From the NCBI GenBank assembly GCA_018897295.1, contig JAHILA010000014.1, positions 67,891-131,890 on the forward strand: DNA of 64,000 nucleotides, written 5' to 3'. The DNA comes from Patescibacteria group bacterium. Its GTDB lineage: Bacteria > Patescibacteriota > Minisyncoccia > RBG-13-40-8-A. The position numbers and the translations under genes were made by a program. The notes beneath the pieces are model-generated. The model was not told the DNA's origin, made no database searches, and saw only the letters and a program-made list of their open reading frames with translations. Below are positions 60,098 to 64,000 of this stretch, piece after piece (within the stretch, counting starts at the first letter, position 1; each line of letters starts with the position of its first letter).

Positions 60098-63000
60098 ATG
60101 GATTTTGAAGAGAAAAAACCAGAAGAATTTAACGGGCTTCAGTTGAAAATTGCAGGACCGGAGGAGATTTTGTCGTGGTCGCACGGAGAAATTACTAAAC
60201 CGGAAACAATTAACTACCGAACGCAACGCGCAGAAAAAGATGGCTTGTTCTGCGAGAAAATTTTCGGCCCGGAAAAAGACTGGGAATGTTATTGCGGAAA
60301 ATACAGAAAAATCAGATATAAAGGAGTTGTCTGTGACCGCTGTGGAGTGGAAGTAACTCGTTCAATTGTTAGGCGTGAAAGGATGGGCCATATAAAATTA
60401 GCAGTGCCGATTTCCCATATTTGGTTTTTAAGAGGCGTGCCGTCAAGAATCGGTTTAATTTTAGATATTTCAGTACAAAAACTGGAGAAAGTTGTTTATT
60501 TTGTTGCATATATCATCACCAATGTTGATGAGAAAGCCAAGGAAAAAGCTTTTAATGATATAGAAAAGGAATTTAAGGCAAAATTAAAAACAATTAAAGA
60601 CAAGGAAGCAAAAAAAGAACTAAAACTTGCCCGCGATAAAGCCAAAGAGGAATTGTCAAAAATAAAGAAATTGGAAATTATTTCAGAACTGACATTCAGA
60701 TATTTATCCCAGAGATACAGCGATGTATTTTCAGCTGGGATTGGAGCTCAGGCATTGAGGGATATCTGCAAGGAACTTGATTTGGAGAAAATAGTATCAG
60801 AACTTGAAGAGCAGTTGAAGAAAGTAGAATCAATTCAGAAGAGAAAAATTTTGCAGAGATTAAGATTGATTAAAGGATTCCAAAGAGCGGGAATTAGACC
60901 AGAATGGATGTTTTTGACAATACTGCCGGTCATGCCAGCTGATTTGAGGCCAATGGTGCAGCTGGATGGAGGCAGATATGCTACTTCTGATGTTAACGAT
61001 TTATACAGAAGAGTGATTAACAGGAATAACCGCTTGAAAAGATTATTAGAATTGAACGCGCCAGAAGTTATATGTAGAAATGAGAAGAGGATGTTGCAAG
61101 AAGCCATTGATGCTTTAATTGATAATTCTGCACGCAGGGGGCAAAAAGCCGTAATGGCTGCAACCGGACAGAAAAGGCAGTTAAAATCTTTGGCAGACCA
61201 ATTAAAAGGGAAACAGGGAAGATTCAGACAAAATTTGCTTGGAAAAAGAGTTGATTATTCCGGTCGTTCAGTTATCGTTGTTGGCCCGGAACTGAAACTC
61301 CATCAATGCGGTATTCCCAAAACAATGGCTTTGGAATTATTCAAGCCATTCATTATCAATAAATTAATAGAAAGAGAAATAGTATTTAATATCAGAGGAG
61401 CAAGAAGGTTGATTGAAGAAGGAGTTGAAGAGGTTTGGGAAATTTTAGAAGAAGTGACTGAAAGATATTATGTATTATTAAATCGCGCTCCTACCTTGCA
61501 TCGTTTGGGCGTCCAAGCATTTAAGCCAATTTTAGTTGAGGGTTTGGCAATTCAGCTTCATCCAATGATTTGTAAGGCGTTTAATGCTGATTTTGACGGC
61601 GACCAGATGGCTGTGCATTTGCCATTGTCGGAAAAGGCCCAGAGAGAAAGCAGGGAAATTATGCTTTCTTCTGTCAATTTATTTAAGCCGGCAACAGGTG
61701 AACCAGTAGTTGCTCCAAGTCAGGATATTGTTCTGGGTTGTTATTTTATGACAAAAATAGAATCAGGGTTTAAGGGTGAAGGAAAAATATTTTCAACTCC
61801 GGAAGAAGCAATTATGGCTTATCAATTGGATGTTATTGATTTGCAGGCTGCGATTAAAGTGAAGATTCCCACCCAGGGCGGGTCCGACTCGGGCGGAGAC
61901 ATCATTGATACATCAGCCGGCAGGGTTATATTTAATACTGTTCTTCCTCCTGAAATAGGATTTAAAAACAAAGAAATGACACAGAAAGAATTAAAGGGTG
62001 TGGTTGAAGAAATTATTAATATTTTAGGAACTGAAAAAACTCCTGAAATTTTGGACAAAATAAAAACATTAGGATTTAAATATGCAACTAAGTCAGGGCT
62101 CAGTTGGGGAATGGATGATATTAGTTTGCCTGTTGAAAAACCGAGGATTGTTGAGGAAGCAATAAGAAAAGTTGAACAAATTAGGAAACAATATCAGGAA
62201 GGACTTTTAACCAGAGCAGAAAGAAGGTCAAAAATTATTGAAATCTGGTCAAAGGTTAAAAACGAAATTTCAGTTTTGGTCTCACAGACACTTGATCCGC
62301 ATGGTTCAATTCACACTATATTTTCATCTGGCGCCCGAGGCTCCTGGGGCCAGGCAGTACAGATGGCAGGAATGAAAGGATTGGTTATTAATCCGGCTTC
62401 CGAGACATTGGAGTTGCCGATTATCAGCAGTTTCAAAGAAGGATTTAATGTTCTGGAATATTTTATTTCCACTCACGGAGGTAGAAAAGGCTTGGCTGAT
62501 ACAGCTTTAAAAACTGCCAGCGCTGGTTATCTTACGCGACGTTTGGTTGATGTTGCCCAGGATGTAATTATTAAAGAAGCTGATTGCAAAGACAAAGAAG
62601 GAATTATTTTTTATAAAAGAGATTTGGAAGATTTGGGGATTTCTCTTGTTGTGCAATTGACCGGCAGGGTCATTCTGGAGGACATTGTTGTTAAAGGTAA
62701 AGTTATTGCCGAGAAAAATGAATTATTGACCAAGAAAAAAGCCCAGGAAATTGAAGTAGCAGGAATTGATAAATTAAGAGTGAGATCAGTTATCTCCTGT
62801 AAAGCCAAATTCGGAGTATGCCAGCAGTGTTATGGCTATGACTTAGGCAGGAATAAATTAGTTGAGAAGGGAGAAGCAGTAGGTATTGTTACTGCCCAAG
62901 CAATCGGCGAACCAGGCACCCAACTTACTTTAAGAACTTTCCATACTGGAGGTGTTGCCGGAGGCGCTGATATTACTCAGGGTTTGCCAAGAGTTGAAGA

Positions 63001-63730
63001 AATTTTTGAGGCCAGGGTTCCAAGAAATAAGGCAGTACTCAGTGAGTTAAATGGAAAAATTATAGATATTAAAGAACATAAAGGGCAAAGAATTATTACT
63101 GTCGACGGCTGGCAGGAATTAAAAAATAAAAAAAGGAAAAAAACTTCTAAAGAATATATTGTATCTCCGCAAGTCGGCGTCTGGGTCCAGAAAGGTGATG
63201 AAGTGAGCCAGGGCCAGCAGTTGTGCGAGGGTTCTGTTGATTTAAAAGATTTATTTAAACTGGCAGGATTAGAAGCTCTGCGCAGATATATTATTAAAGA
63301 AATCCAGGGAATTTACAGTATCCAGGGAGAAGGTTTGAATAATAAACATATTGAATTAATTGTTCGCCAGATGCTTTCTAGGGTCAGAGTTAAAGATGAA
63401 GGAGATACCAATCTTTTGGTTGGCGCGATTATTGAAAAAGACATATTTTTACAAGCCAATGACAAAGCGAAAAAAATGGGTAAAAAACCGGCAACCGCTG
63501 TACAGGTATTAATGGGCATTACCAAGATTGCTTTAAGCACGGAAAGTTTCTTGTCAGCAGCTTCATTTATGGAAACTGTCAGAGTTTTGATTAAAGCAGC
63601 TTCAGAAGGTAGAATCGACAGATTGAGGGGATTAAAAGAAAATGTTATTTTAGGAAGATTAATCCCAGCAGGCACAGGATACAGGGAAATGGTAGAAGAC
63701 AAAGAAAGAGAAAAGGAAGAAAAGAAATAA
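60098..63730 (+). CDS. rpoC: RNA polymerase beta' subunit
   Basis: KPETINYRT, NADFDGDQM, GEPGTQLT. Confidence 0.99.
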   Translation: MDFEEKKPEEFNGLQLKIAGPEEILSWSHGEITKPETINYRTQRAEKDGLFCEKIFGPEKDWECYCGKYRKIRYKGVVCDRCGVEVTRSIVRRERMGHIKLAVPISHIWFLRGVPSRIGLILDISVQKLEKVVYFVAYIITNVDEKAKEKAFNDIEKEFKAKLKTIKDKEAKKELKLARDKAKEELSKIKKLEIISELTFRYLSQRYSDVFSAGIGAQALRDICKELDLEKIVSELEEQLKKVESIQKRKILQRLRLIKGFQRAGIRPEWMFLTILPVMPADLRPMVQLDGGRYATSDVNDLYRRVINRNNRLKRLLELNAPEVICRNEKRMLQEAIDALIDNSARRGQKAVMAATGQKRQLKSLADQLKGKQGRFRQNLLGKRVDYSGRSVIVVGPELKLHQCGIPKTMALELFKPFIINKLIEREIVFNIRGARRLIEEGVEEVWEILEEVTERYYVLLNRAPTLHRLGVQAFKPILVEGLAIQLHPMICKAFNADFDGDQMAVHLPLSEKAQRESREIMLSSVNLFKPATGEPVVAPSQDIVLGCYFMTKIESGFKGEGKIFSTPEEAIMAYQLDVIDLQAAIKVKIPTQGGSDSGGDIIDTSAGRVIFNTVLPPEIGFKNKEMTQKELKGVVEEIINILGTEKTPEILDKIKTLGFKYATKSGLSWGMDDISLPVEKPRIVEEAIRKVEQIRKQYQEGLLTRAERRSKIIEIWSKVKNEISVLVSQTLDPHGSIHTIFSSGARGSWGQAVQMAGMKGLVINPASETLELPIISSFKEGFNVLEYFISTHGGRKGLADTALKTASAGYLTRRLVDVAQDVIIKEADCKDKEGIIFYKRDLEDLGISLVVQLTGRVILEDIVVKGKVIAEKNELLTKKKAQEIEVAGIDKLRVRSVISCKAKFGVCQQCYGYDLGRNKLVEKGEAVGIVTAQAIGEPGTQLTLRTFHTGGVAGGADITQGLPRVEEIFEARVPRNKAVLSELNGKIIDIKEHKGQRIITVDGWQELKNKKRKKTSKEYIVSPQVGVWVQKGDEVSQGQQLCEGSVDLKDLFKLAGLEALRRYIIKEIQGIYSIQGEGLNNKHIELIVRQMLSRVRVKDEGDTNLLVGAIIEKDIFLQANDKAKKMGKKPATAVQVLMGITKIALSTESFLSAASFMETVRVLIKAASEGRIDRLRGLKENVILGRLIPAGTGYREMVEDKEREKEEKK

Positions 63731-63846
63731 GCGCTATAAAATAAATCCTCGTTATGGGAGTAAATGCGAAAAATCTGTCAACTATTGACAGATTTTTATA
63801 TTGGGTGTATAATGTAAATGTAAGAAAAATCTTACAAGGAGGAAAA

Positions 63847-64000
63847 ATGATGAAAGAAATCATTAAGGAGAAGTTCGGCCTGTTTATTGATCTCGGTATC
63901 ATCACGGTGCCGGACGACTACGTCCACAACACCCGGCTGGCCTCGTTCAAAAAAAAGAACCGTAAAAAGTTCTATGGTTGGAACGACGACATTACCGACG
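63847..64000 (+). CDS. Hypothetical protein, runs off the window end
   Basis: MMKEIIKEKFGLFIDLGIITVPDDY... open to the end; promoter and AGGAGG upstream. Confidence 0.75.
   Translation, partial: MMKEIIKEKFGLFIDLGIITVPDDYVHNTRLASFKKKNRKKFYGWNDDITD

Overview
AT-rich bacterial chromosome segment with the gene content of a Patescibacteria/CPR (Parcubacteria-like) organism; the taxonomy is inferred from gene families and rRNA features. Most genes are housekeeping: secD/F, lysS, serS, tyrS, thrS, non-discriminating aspS, gatB, dnaX, dnaE, nusB, rnc, rpsP, trmD, murC, rodA, rpoB/C. There are also two TraG/VirB4-like ATPase modules, an iscS/iscU/radical-SAM/thioredoxin cluster, and an unlinked rRNA locus. 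Five signals stand out. (1) Short GC-rich palindromes, many with CCYGCC...GGCRGG ends and a 21-bp core unit, sit in frame inside at least 12 protein genes and also in spacers. (2) The 16S rRNA has no anti-Shine-Dalgarno tail, yet a set of accessory genes carries strong AGGAGG sites. (3) A group I intron with a LAGLIDADG ORF lies in the 23S sarcin-ricin loop. (4) Both NYN nuclease genes have small promoter-to-terminator RNA units next to them. (5) There is a MiaB-MiaA fusion and a compact T-box before aspS. All calls come from reading the sequence and the ORF track; no searches were run.
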